A stretch of DNA of 64,000 nt, from positions 78,120,001 to 78,184,000 of the forward strand of contig OX597831.1 in assembly GCA_951406725.2 (NCBI GenBank). Direction: 5' to 3'. This document shows, piece by piece, positions 24,471-36,876 of this stretch. The translations under genes were made by a program, and so were the position numbers. The stretch's first letter is position 1. Every line of letters begins with the position of its first letter. The DNA comes from Octopus vulgaris (Eukaryota). The notes under the pieces were generated by a model. That model did no database searches, was not told where the DNA came from, and was given only the letters and a program-made list of their open reading frames with translations.

Positions 24471-25138
24471 TTTCAGACGCTTAAAATATATCAACATTAA
24501 CCAGCTCGATACTAGTGACCAATCAACCCCACGACACCGAGAACAAATAATATAATGGCAGACGAAGTTTACGGCTTCGCCTGCTATTGCTGCAACAATA
24601 GATTATAAGTTCGAAAACTCGAGGCCTATTTAGAGTGGTGAGTGTTAGTCGATATCATGGAGGGCTCGAGTACATGACTGGTATATCTTATTTTGCGATT
24701 TTATCCATCGTGGAGGGAGAGAAAGAAAAATAAATAGAGAGAGAGAGTGGGGGGACAGGGACGATAAGATTATCTTCTCTTGGATTTCAATCAGAATGCA
24801 AAACCAAAACGTAAAAGAAATGCCGGTATTAATAATACCACAAGTTACTTTTTTTTTCTTCCAATGATCTAACGATTCTGCCAACTGAATAATAGCAGTG
24901 AATGCTATTGTTATCGCCACCAACACCACCACTACCACAACCACATCAACAACAACAACAACAATGATTATTTGACAAACTAATGTGAGAAGTATTTAAG
25001 CCTACTATTTCAACATGTTCACCGATTGTAATCCGAACTATTCTCGCTTCTCTCACACTGGGTGGAGTTCTTAACACCCCACTTTATTTCTTTATTGTTT
25101 TATTGTTGCTATAGTTAGCGCTGTTGTTGTTGTTGTTG

Positions 25139-25182
<44 letters not shown>

Positions 25183-25200
25183 GTTATTATTATTATTATT

Positions 25201-25555
25201 TTTCTTTCTTTCTTCAAATTTTCTTCCGTTTCTCGCCGAGTGTTTTCCATACACCTAGGGCAGAGGAGCTCATTGTATGCATTCCCAGATTAAAGACGCA
25301 AATTCACAGGTAAAATATGTATTTAAAAAATTTATGAACAAATAAATTCATGAATGGATGTTGATTTCACAGCAATAATGCGCTTCTCAGTACATGAGCC
25401 GTTCCAGTTAACACGATTTTTTGCACTTCCTGTAAGGATGGTAAGCCTGGAATCATTTTCAAATAGGTTTCAGTACCCTTTTTTTATCATTCCTAGAGCT
25501 CCTACAATCACTGGTACTATAGTCGCCTTGAGATGCCACATTTTTTCATTTTCTA
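25201..25555 (-). mobile_element. R4/Dong-like 3' fragment
   Basis: KMWHLKATIVPVIVGALGMIKKG..YLKMIPGLPSLQEVQKIVLTGTAHVLR; (TAA)n on both sides. Confidence 0.8.
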
Positions 25556-25575
25556 TTACAGAATTATATTTACTG

Positions 25576-25625
<50 letters not shown>

Positions 25626-25626
<1 letters not shown>

Positions 25627-26180
25627 GAGTGAGAGAGCAGAGCATGCCATCAAAGTGAAACTGGGGTAAAATATATGAAGCCCAATATACCCATCATGAC
25701 TACCCGTCTGATAAAGGTACACCAGGCACATGCATCACAACCATATGTGCGCGACATGGTGATCTCATATCAAGATAAACAGCACATGACCTTGCAGGTG
25801 GAGCCCAGTTAGAATTTTCTTCAGGTTGAGTAGCCCATCCCGCTCAAACGGTCCCTGAATAAGGGTTGTTTAAGGATGTTGAAAGAACCACCCATGTTTC
25901 CAGAGGTGAACTATTCAAACCCCAAAGAATCCCTCTCAACACATGGCTATGATGCTCCCCCAATACTTCTGCTCCTGATCAGAGATGCACATATCGTCAG
26001 CCACTAAGGGACATGCTCAACTGATTAAGGTCAAACAACTGACAAGCAAATCTGTGGCATTGAGCAGAATATTTGCTGTAGCCCATCTTTTATACCAAGA
26101 CAAAACAATGTACATGATAACACTTCCAATCAGTTAAGATCGGAAGTCATGAGAGCCACTGCCTGGTACTGCATCAGGGC

Positions 26181-26183
<3 letters not shown>
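25626..26183 (-). mobile_element. non-coding repeat in (TAA)n (second copy, about 560 bp)
   Basis: Homologous to 10932-11457. Confidence 0.8.
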
Positions 26184-26232
<49 letters not shown>

Positions 26233-26344
26233 GTTATTATTATTATTGTTATTATTATTATTCGCTTTTATTGCTGTGCACTTCCTTCCATCACTGCACC
26301 TCACAACAATTATACATAGAAAGAAACTCACACATCATACAATT

Positions 26345-26512
26345 AAGGCGGCTAGATGGTAGAATCGTTAACATGCCGGGCAAAACGCTTTGCGGCATTT
26401 CGTCCGTCTTTATGTTCTGAGTTCGAATTTCGGGATGATAAGCTGGGGGCGATGTAATCGATTATTCCCCTGCCCCCAATTCTCAGGCATTGTGCCTTTA
26501 CTAGAAAGGATT
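26345..26512 (+). mobile_element. SINE A variant with alternative tail (internally deleted)
   Basis: SINE A head plus tail CCCCAATTCTCAGGCATTGTGCCTTTACTAGAAAGGA. Confidence 0.7.
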
Positions 26513-26529
26513 TTAGCTCACTATTCTCA

Positions 26530-27350
26530 GGGCTCCGACAGTTATTGGTACTACTACCATCTTTTTCATCGACCACAGCTGCTTAACTTCCTAATCTGTC
26601 ATATCTCGACTTTTCTTTCTTCCCTATCCCCCTCCTTCCCTTCGTCAGAACCTTCCAGGAAGTAATTCTTTCCCCTCCACCCCTTCCTCGGAACTTTCCA
26701 GGAAGTAATTTATCACCCTTTCTCGGAACATACCAGAAAATAATTCTTCCCCTCCCCTTTGCTCAGAACTTTCCACGAAGTAATTATTTCCCCTCTTCCC
26801 CTTCCTCCGCTTCCTCGGAACATTCCAGGAAGTAATTCTTCCCTCTCCTCCCCTCATTGGAACTTTCCATGAATAATTGTTCCCCTTAACCCATCCTCGG
26901 AACTTTCCAGGAAGTAATGCTTTCCCTCCTCCACTATCTCGGAACTTTCCATAAAGTAATTATTCCCCCTACTCCCCTTCATCCCCTTCCTCGGAATTTC
27001 CAAGAAATAATCCTTCCCCCTACCCTTCTTCCCCTTCCTCGGATCTTTCCAGGAAGTAATTATTCCCCTTCCTCCCTTTCCTTCCCTGCATCTGAACCTC
27101 CTAGGAAGTAATTTATCCCCCCTTCCCCTTTCTCGGAACTTTCCAGGAAGTAATTCATCTCACTCCTCCCCTTCCTGGGAAATTTCCAGGAAATTATTCT
27201 TCCTCCTTCTCCCCTTCCTAGCCATGCTATATTCATGATCCAGCATAGTTTGCTCTCTTCCTCAATTAAGACTATGTCTAGCTTCCTATTCTCTATCTCA
27301 TGGTCGCACTGATTCATAAAATCCCGCAAGATATTTGTATTGTCATTTTG
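26530..27350 (-). mobile_element. R4/Dong-like endonuclease fragment split by a minisatellite
   Basis: 27350-27220: DFMNQCDHEIENRKLDIVLIEEESKLCWIMNIA; continues 26620-26530: EVKQLWSMKKMVVVPITVGAL. Confidence 0.7.
26620..27218. repeat. minisatellite, about 15 units of 33-45 bp, core CCTCGGAACTTTCCAGGAAGTAATT + C/T-rich spacer
   Basis: Direct reading. Confidence 0.9.
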
Positions 27351-27374
27351 CCTTCGGGTTTGTGGTCGTATCAA

Positions 27375-28060
<686 letters not shown>

Positions 28061-28074
28061 GATAGCAAAATAAA

Positions 28075-28520
28075 ACCTATTTTGTTGGAAAATCACAGAA
28101 TTCTTTAACAAAACGAAAACAAATAAAGAACATAACGGACCGAAGCGAAGGTAAACGAAACTGCTGGAACACTGAGTTGTGCCTCTTAGATAGTCATTTC
28201 AGAATTCATTGTATCTATACTGGCTGTAATGTGTCTTAAGGCGGCTTAACTGATTACTCATTTACGGGAAGCTTATACCAAAAAATGGACTCTAAGAAAA
28301 GTCATCATAATGTAAATAATACACTTCTCTCAAAGTATATCTGGCAATTGAAAGATAAAAGCGACTTTTAATACATTGTATGGTCCAACTTGAACAGAAC
28401 CATCTCATTTATTTCACTTAAAACCGTGTAATTGAGGTTTAACTGAGAAATATTATATCGCAAATCACCTCACTAAAAGAGTGAACCGAAAATTTGAACT
28501 AATCCAGGCACGTGAACGGT
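28075..28520 (+). pseudogene. decayed Penelope-like element GIY-YIG endonuclease C-terminal region
   Basis: Frameshifted remnants NCWNTELCLLDSH, NNTLLSKYIWQLKDK, IVWSNL, LTEKYYI, VNRKFEL match my recollection of PLE endonuclease ends. Confidence 0.6.
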
Positions 28521-28930
28521 GTTCGAGTGTTTGCTGTCCTCTTTTTCAGAGGAAGAGAAAAAGCAGAAGTTGCAGATTACTGGACGTCACGTGTAACCAT
28601 TAGTCTCTTGATATTGGCATGAAGGCATAGTATGGAAGTCACTACTGGCTGAATCTATTTGTCTGTGAACATGTACAGGCATCCGTATATGTATGTTTGT
28701 ATGTATGTATGGATGGATGGATGGTTCGATATATGTATGTAAGTATTTATCTATATCTCACTCACTCTCACTTCCTCTCTCTCCCTCTCCCTCTCCCACA
28801 TATACATATATGTATCTATCTAAATATTTATTTTGAAACATACATAGAAGAATATATTTAAATATATGTATTTACATGTACATACGCGTACACACGTGAC
28901 TATATCTATACACACACACACACACACACA

Positions 28931-28975
<45 letters not shown>

Positions 28976-29149
28976 GCATATATATACACACACACACAAT
29001 ACAGAATGTCAAAAACTAAGGAAACGAATTGAAGAGAAGCGTGGGCGGAAGTACCGAACTAGTTAGAAAGACAGTTAGGTAATGCTTACATATATACAAA
29101 CACATACACACACAAGTATGTGTATATATATATATACACACACACACAC

Positions 29150-29186
<37 letters not shown>

Positions 29187-29924
29187 TATATGATGAACAG
29201 ATGCAGAGAGAGAGAAAGAAAATGAGTGAAGGGCAGTGGGGGGGAGTAAATGAAATGTCAACATCCACCACCTACGCCACCCTTTCGACTTGATAAACCT
29301 GTTGTGATAGATTGGTTCATTTATTAAAAATAGATCATCTATAATCTTTTGTTTCTCTATTTCTTAAATGCCCTTTCTCTGCTCCCCCAAGGAATTTAAC
29401 CCCAACTGTACCCCCTTTGTTGTACGCAACCACCCATCCACCGACCCCAACTGATAAACAGATGGCGTGTTGTTGTATGGAATGGTTGTTTCGTCTTGAA
29501 CTCATTTTCATCTTGTCAGTGCTTCTTTTTTTCGAGAGGTCGCTGTCGTCTTCGTCTTCGTTGTCACCATTTTCTTTTCTTCTCTTCGTCGCCATTGTTA
29601 TTGTCATTATCGTTTTGTTGCCATCTCTTTTCGTTATCGCCGTCGTCGTCGTCGTCTTCGTTGTCCTCGCCGTTATCGAGGTTTCTCTCGTCGTAATTCT
29701 GGTTATCAACATCATGGCTTTACTTTTGCGTACATTGGGTGTGCATTCCCCATAATGCGCAAAATAATTTATACAATCACGTGAGGAAGGGCATTTAACA
29801 CCTCCGATGCATGAAAATGATTACACAATATCTCACCAACATAAATCAGGTGTAACAGTGTGTCGAAACACTTGTGGTTTTTAAGTAAAGAATGTCGTTC
29901 TTTCCATTTTCTGTCTCTTATCTA

Positions 29925-30070
29925 TCGGTAGCCATGATAAAACTCCGAGTTTCGGATGTCGGAGTTTTATCATGGCAACCGAATAATTGTCACATATTAT
30001 ATTTACAGATAAATTCCTCTATTCACATAATATCGAGGTCTCTTTCATTCTTTTGATGTCTTACTATTTC
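29925..30070 (+). mobile_element. PLE-like end with a 24-bp hairpin (29925-29948 / 29959-29982)
   Basis: Same family as 2641-2755 (AATTGTCACATATTATAT...GATAAATT). Confidence 0.7.
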
Positions 30071-30187
30071 TATCAATATATACATATATATACATACATA
30101 TATATACATATACATATATATATATATATACATAGGCATTTAAACACGTCTCTATATACATGCATACATTCCCCCCACACACACACA

Positions 30188-30236
<49 letters not shown>

Positions 30237-30380
30237 TATCCATACATTGCAGAAAAACACATTACCGCCCATGGCTGGCCGGTAACGTATCACGCGTTTG
30301 AGAATAGAAAATTTATTTCTGTATGTTTCAATACATCTCAACGCTTCTAAAACAAATTTTGTGTTTACTTTCATCGTAAG

Positions 30381-30428
<48 letters not shown>

Positions 30429-30433
<5 letters not shown>

Positions 30434-31435
30434 TAAATAAAATAAAACATATGCATATATATATAAACATATATGTACGTACCTACCTCTACATGTACAT
30501 ATACACGCATATATGAGTACAGGACACCAAAAGGACGTCGAACACAATGAGAAACGAAAACATAGACACAAACCAAAGGAACTGGACATTTTTTTAAACA
30601 ACAAAAAAATAGAGTACAGGACAATTAACTCAAAGAAAAAACCCCTTCTTCAGTCGCTATGGTTTCATCTACTCTACGTTTCGAAGGATAAAAGCGAGAC
30701 GTATCTTCGACAAGAAACTTTCCTTCCTGCGAAAAGCAAATCAATTAAAATTCTGAGATCTTTTCGCAGAGGGGTAAAAAATGGTAACAAAAACAGGACA
30801 GTAACGACAGTACAAAATATAAACAGTAAAAGACAGGACAAGGAAAAACAAGATAAGAAGGGCTGTTAACGCCGAACGAAAAAAAGTATTGCGAACGCGG
30901 ATTTTTTTATGAACGACGAGCGGAGCAAAAAGAATTGTCGTCCATACCTTGAGATGGCCAGGCCAGAAAGGCAGCAGCGGAAGTCTCGTCGCGGGTCAAT
31001 GACGGGAGGGGGAGGAGGAGCAAGAGAAAGGGAGAGAAGAAGGGGAATGGCTGCGAGAAAACCATGAAGAATGGGGAGGGGGAGAGAGAGAGTGAAGAAT
31101 GAGAGAGAGGAAGAGACAAGTTAAGTAGAGAAAAAGGAAATCAAAGAATGAAGGCTGAGAAAGGGATGGGACAGAAAGGTTAAGAGTGCGCATCAAAGTT
31201 AATATCAAGAACAAAACTTGATATAAAGAACAATCTTACTTAAAAGGGATGCGTGCGTTTCGTCATATAATATATTAATAAATAAAATAAAACATATGCA
31301 TATATATAAACATATATGTCCGTACCTACCTCTACATGTACATATACACGCATATATGAGTACAGGACACCAAAAGGACGTCGAACACAATGAGAAACGA
31401 AAACATAGACACAAACCAAAGGAACTGGACATTTT
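30429..31435 (-). mobile_element. family F2 retrozyme/PLE-like element: about 845-bp unit with about 163-bp terminal direct repeat
   Basis: 30429-30592 nearly identical to 31274-31435; no real ORF; TA-type flanks. Confidence 0.85.
30642..30703 (-). ncRNA. non-circularly permuted hammerhead candidate (F2)
   Basis: Minus: TACGT-C-TCGCT tttat CCTTC-GAA-ACGTA 16-nt linker AGCGA-CTGAAGA-AGGGG; GUC site with C at 30698. Confidence 0.75.
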
Positions 31436-32500
31436 ATAAACATATGTATGTATATGTATATGTGTGTATGTATATGTGTGTGACGGTGTGTATAAAAAAA
31501 TAAGTATAGACATGTGTTAATGTATATACATATGCATGTGTGTGTGTATGCATACCGTAAAGGCAGAAAAAAGAAAAAGGCAATGCGCGAAGAACGAAGC
31601 TTGATAAATATGATAAACGTTTAAAGGAAAGAGAAGAGGCGTTTCGGATGTAAGTCCTTTCTCTTTTATTGTCTCTCTCTCTCTCTCAACTTGGTTATCC
31701 GTCTTTCTATCTACGTATGTGGGGGCGGTTCCTGTTTGCGTGTGTGTGTTTGTGTTTAAGGAAAAAACGATATAGAAATATACAGTTTTATTTAATCACT
31801 GGTGTTGAATGTTCCATCACTTAAGTAACCACAGCTCAGCAAGGTTTTCACGCTCTATCAAATTTATTACTTTCTGTAAACATTCAAACGGCAGTTCCTA
31901 TTGGGCAATGGAAAACGGATACGGTAGCAGTAGCAGAGGAAACGTAACGAAACAGAAGCACGTATATTGCAGTCGGACAACATCATTCGTAATCATGTTC
32001 GATTAGTTAAGAATGGGATAAAACCAGAGTGACTTTGTGAAGCGTACTTTTACACCACAAAAACCAAAAACTGCACCAAATTATGGACTACTTGCATCAG
32101 GAGGAGGCTAGAAGTTTACGATTAAGAAAAGACCATTTCGTATTTCTTCAGACATAAATTAGAAGAAGTGTCAACCCGGATTTCATAGAGAAGCTTGCTA
32201 ACCAATCAAAACTAGAAAAGTCAATGCATTGGCAAATATAACGGCGCCAACCATACACAACTTGTTAGTGAAAGAACGTTTGGAAATCCGACAATGCACA
32301 CAAAATCGATTCACAAAAGAATGAAGAAGCTTCAATGAATGGGCAGCCAGATATATACGCTACAAAAAGAAACAGTTTCTCTGATGATCACATTGGTGAG
32401 AAAATCGTGACACATGTGAAAATGAATTCCATTCAAAAACTACACACACACACACGTATATATATATATATATATGTGTGTGTGTAGATATAGAAATACG

Positions 32501-32542
<42 letters not shown>

Positions 32543-33335
32543 GTGTGTGTGTCTGCATGTATGTTTGTACATAGGTATACATATAAACAAATTGTATATG
32601 TGCGCATGAGAATACCTTTTGTTCGTTTGTTGTGTTGTTTGGCGTATCTCCTGATCGATGTTGAACAACAATGAAAGCAATTGGGACGATCCTCACGGGG
32701 AAGTAAGAAAATATATAGTGTGTGTAAATTACCACGATGATGATACAAACACGCACCCACAACCACACACACACACACATACACACATATATACACATAT
32801 CTCTATAATCATATATATATATATATGCATATATATTTATATATATATATATATGTATATATATTTATGTGTATATATATTTATATGTATATATTGAGGT
32901 TATGAGAGGTAATAGAGTCAAGAAGACCCAAAGGTGTCAGGTAATGCTGAGTAAGTGCTATGGACAGACTATAGTTAAGCTCCAGGTTCGGTGATTATGC
33001 GATTGTGGAGTCCAACGCAGGCCATAAATGTTCTGAAATCTTTGAAGCCTTGGATTTTTTAAATCTCATTCTGTTAATTTCTCCTCTCTTTCTAGACATA
33101 ATAAAGCATAACAACTATGATTGATGTTGAACTTTCTTCCACTGTTACATATGTTTACCCTATCTCCCTCCGATGACAGAATACACAGCCTATGGAATCT
33201 TTGCGCGACACGATGTTCAAATAGTTGGAACATCCTAGAAACAGTTGTCAGAGACTATCGAAGCCTTTATTTCATATATAACTACGTTAAACACCCTTGT
33301 CAAGCCTTACCAAAATGCTTACCTTTTCTGCTTTA

Positions 33336-33452
<117 letters not shown>

Positions 33453-34132
33453 TCGGTTTATCAGCTGAGTCTATCGTTAATATTGTCACGCCTCCCTCCT
33501 TCAAACGGGAAGGAAGAGCTATTTTCATCATCCTTGTGGCTATGGCGAAAGAATGTATCTGGTGGACGCGTCTGAAATGATTGGAGACAAACACTTTCCT
33601 CTCTGGTCAATCTCTCATCAACTTCTTCAAGTACCACTTGAAAAGGAAAGTGAGAGTAGAGAGGCAAGTTTTGTCTAGCGAATGTTTTAAAAAAAGATGG
33701 GTGAATGTAGCAAGAATGGCACGTATGAATGACGAAGCCACCTTGAGCATGATCCTATGAACCCAGAAATTGAAAACAGAGAGTTGCTTATTTGCAAAAA
33801 AAAAAAAAAAAGAAATATAACATGTGACTCCATTGACCGAGGTTACTGTGGTCTTTTCCGTAGGCTTTTCTTTCCACGAGTAAACCTCACCTGTCCTCCC
33901 CTTTACACTTCATATTGACATTTCTGTGATAACGATCCCTATTGATCAATTTTTTTTCCCCTCCCCCTTTTTTTAACCCCCTTTTTTTGTCCTCTTTCTC
34001 TCCTTTTACGATCCCTTTTGATCGAAACTCCCCTTCTTTTTTTTTTTTTTTTTTTTTAAACCTTCAAAAGAAAAGCTCTACCTTGTAATTTGTTCTATCT
34101 GTGTGCAGCCCTGTGTGGCTAATAAAGAAACA
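33453..34132 (+). mobile_element. Tx1-type LINE 3' fragment in (TATC)n
   Basis: Near-identical to 36037-36720; internal stop codon; ends GTGGCTAATAAAGAAACA-(TATC)n. Confidence 0.9.
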
Positions 34133-34279
34133 TATCTATCTATCTATCTATTTGTATGTCTGTCTATCTCTCTGTCTCTTTGTCTCTGTCTGTCTGTCTG
34201 TCCGTCTGTCTCTCTCTCTCTGTCTCTACACACACACATATATATAATTCATATACATATATTTAACTTTGCCTATATA

Positions 34280-34500
34280 TGCGCATGCTAATGTGTGGAT
34301 GTGTGTGCCCATGTTTGTTCCCCATCACCGCTTGACACCCGGGCCGATGTTGGTACATGTAACTTAGTAGTTCAGCAAAAGAGCACGATAGAATAAGTTC
34401 TAGACTCAGAGGAAAGTTCTGGGTTCGATTTGTCCGACCAGAAAGCCATTGAAAGTTGTGTTCCAGCATGGCCACAACCAGCTGGCTGAAACAAGTAAAA
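34280..34500 (+). mobile_element. SINE B 3' half (decayed)
   Basis: Tail CCAGCATGGCCACAACC..GCTGAAACAAGTAAAA. Confidence 0.65.
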
Positions 34501-34755
34501 TAATATTTGTGTGTGTGTGTGTGTGTATCCTCTCCGTTTATTTTCTCGTGTTCCTTACTGCTGAAGAGTGTCAGCTCGAAATATAAAAGACTTTTTCACC
34601 TTCCCGAGCGTCAAACTAAAACACCTGCTTTCGTCTTTTGCTTTTGTCTAAATTTCAACTATATATATGTGTGACTGTATGTGCGTATGTAATGCATATA
34701 TATATATATATACACACACACATATATATATATATATATGTATGTATGTAATGTA

Positions 34756-34849
<94 letters not shown>

Positions 34850-35296
34850 TGTCTATGTATATATATATATATATATTACGAACGATAATAGATATCGAGG
34901 ACAGACATTAATACTGCAATTCCCGCCACCAATATCACACTTCCCCGCCACAATCACTACCCTACCCACATTGCAGCACGTTCAGAAATGTCACAAGCAA
35001 TACAAAAAGCAAACAAAAGAAATAAATTGCTAACAAAAATTAAATATGTAACCAAATAAGAAAATAACAAACAAAAACAAAAAAAGCAAAAATCTCCTTC
35101 CGTATCGTGTTTCAGTCGATACGAGGTCGTAGCGCTGGGCTGCTCTTTCTCGATGCGCTGTCTAACCCTGCTCAGAGTTGTCACTTCACATCAAATCTGT
35201 TCGACTACGAAACAGACAATTGAGCACAGCTTTTTCTACTCTTTCTCTTCCTGAGATCTCTCTGAGAACCTGATTGCATCTTGGATTTACATTTTA

Positions 35297-35374
<78 letters not shown>

Positions 35375-35375
35375 G

Positions 35376-35409
<34 letters not shown>

Positions 35410-35434
35410 GTCTATCTATCTATCTATCTATCTA

Positions 35435-36719
35435 TCAACACCCGTTAAAAGGAGGGCTGGGCATGCCGTGGTTGATGATGCGCAGACACGCGCTGAGACT
35501 GCGGCATCTCTGGCTCTATGTAGACGACGGTGAACAGGTGTGGTCGCCGTTTGTGAGGCACGCTTTCCCGCAGCTCGTCTCCATGACCGAACTGCAGTCG
35601 TGGATCAAAAAGAGGCCGAGGAAGGGCGAATGGCACCGCGAGTGTCGCGTTGCTCTCAAGCAACTCTGCCGTCCTGGGTCGACCTTAAGTGACTTCAACA
35701 CAACCAAAGCATTCTATAGGGGTTTAGTGGAGGGGAGGTACGACGACGAGCTCGGGGCGAACCTGGACGTCGACGAGGAGTACCTGACCCGCCTGTTCAG
35801 GACGACCTTCGGGCCAGGGCCCATGGACAACTTCCAGAGATCCCTGGCCTGGCAGTGCTACCGAGAAGCGCTACCCGTTCGGGATAAGCTCTACAGACAC
35901 GGCTCGAGAAACACGGGGCCGACCTGCCCGAGATGCGGTCAGAGCGACGAAACCGTTCTGCACGCACTCGTTCAGTGCCCAACAATTTCCGACCTGTGGG
36001 CTTGTGTCGAACAACTGCTGTCACGTGTGGGACGAGTCGGTTTATCAGCTGAGTCTATCGTCAATATTGTCACGCCTCCTTCCTTCAAACGGGAAGGAAG
36101 AGCTATTTTCATCATCCTTGTGGCTATGGCGAAAGAATGTATCTGGTGGACGCGTCTGAAAGGATTGGAGACAAACACTTTCCTCTCTGGTCAATCTCTC
36201 ATCAACTTCTTCAAGTACCACTTGAAAAGGAAAGTGAGAGTAGAGAGGCAAGTTTTGTCTAGCGAATGTTTTAAAAAAAGATGGGTGAATGTAGCAAGAA
36301 TGGCACGTATGAATGACGAAGCCACCTTGAGCATAGTCCTATGAACCCAGAAATCGAAAACAGAGAGTTGCTTATTTGCAAAAAAAAAAAAAAAAAGAAA
36401 TATAAAATGTGACTTCATTGACCGAGGTCACCGTGGTCTTTTCCGTAGGCTTTTCTTTCCACGGGTAAACCTCACCTGTCCTCCCCTTTACACTTCATAT
36501 TGACATTTCTGTGATAACGATCCCTATTGATCAATTTTTTTTCCTCTCCCCCTTTTTTTTTAACCCCCCTTTTTTTGTCCTCTTTCTCTCCTTTTACGAT
36601 CCCTTTTGATCGAAACTCCCCCTTCCTTTTTTTTTTTTTTTTTAAAACCTTCAAAAGAAAAGCTCTACCTTGTAATTTGTTCTATCTGTGTGCAGCCCTG
36701 TGTGGCTAATAAAGAAACA

Positions 36720-36720
<1 letters not shown>
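35435..36720 (+). mobile_element. Tx1-type LINE, 5'-truncated (ORF2 C-terminus, ORF 35463-36344)
   Basis: zf-RVT-type motif LAWQCYREALPVRDKL..CPRCGQSDETVLHALVQCP; T-rich 3' UTR; (TATC)n on both sides. Confidence 0.92.
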
Positions 36721-36782
<62 letters not shown>

Positions 36783-36876
36783 TTATCTATCTATCTATTT
36801 GTCTATTTATCTACCTATGTATCTGTCTGTCTATCTATCTGTCTGTCTTTGTATGTATGTATGTATTTATCTATCT

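Noticed and set aside
26620-27218. CRISPR-like repeat-spacer appearance
   Set aside because: The spacers are related C/T-rich variants, the repeats are degenerate, there are no cas genes and the context is eukaryotic
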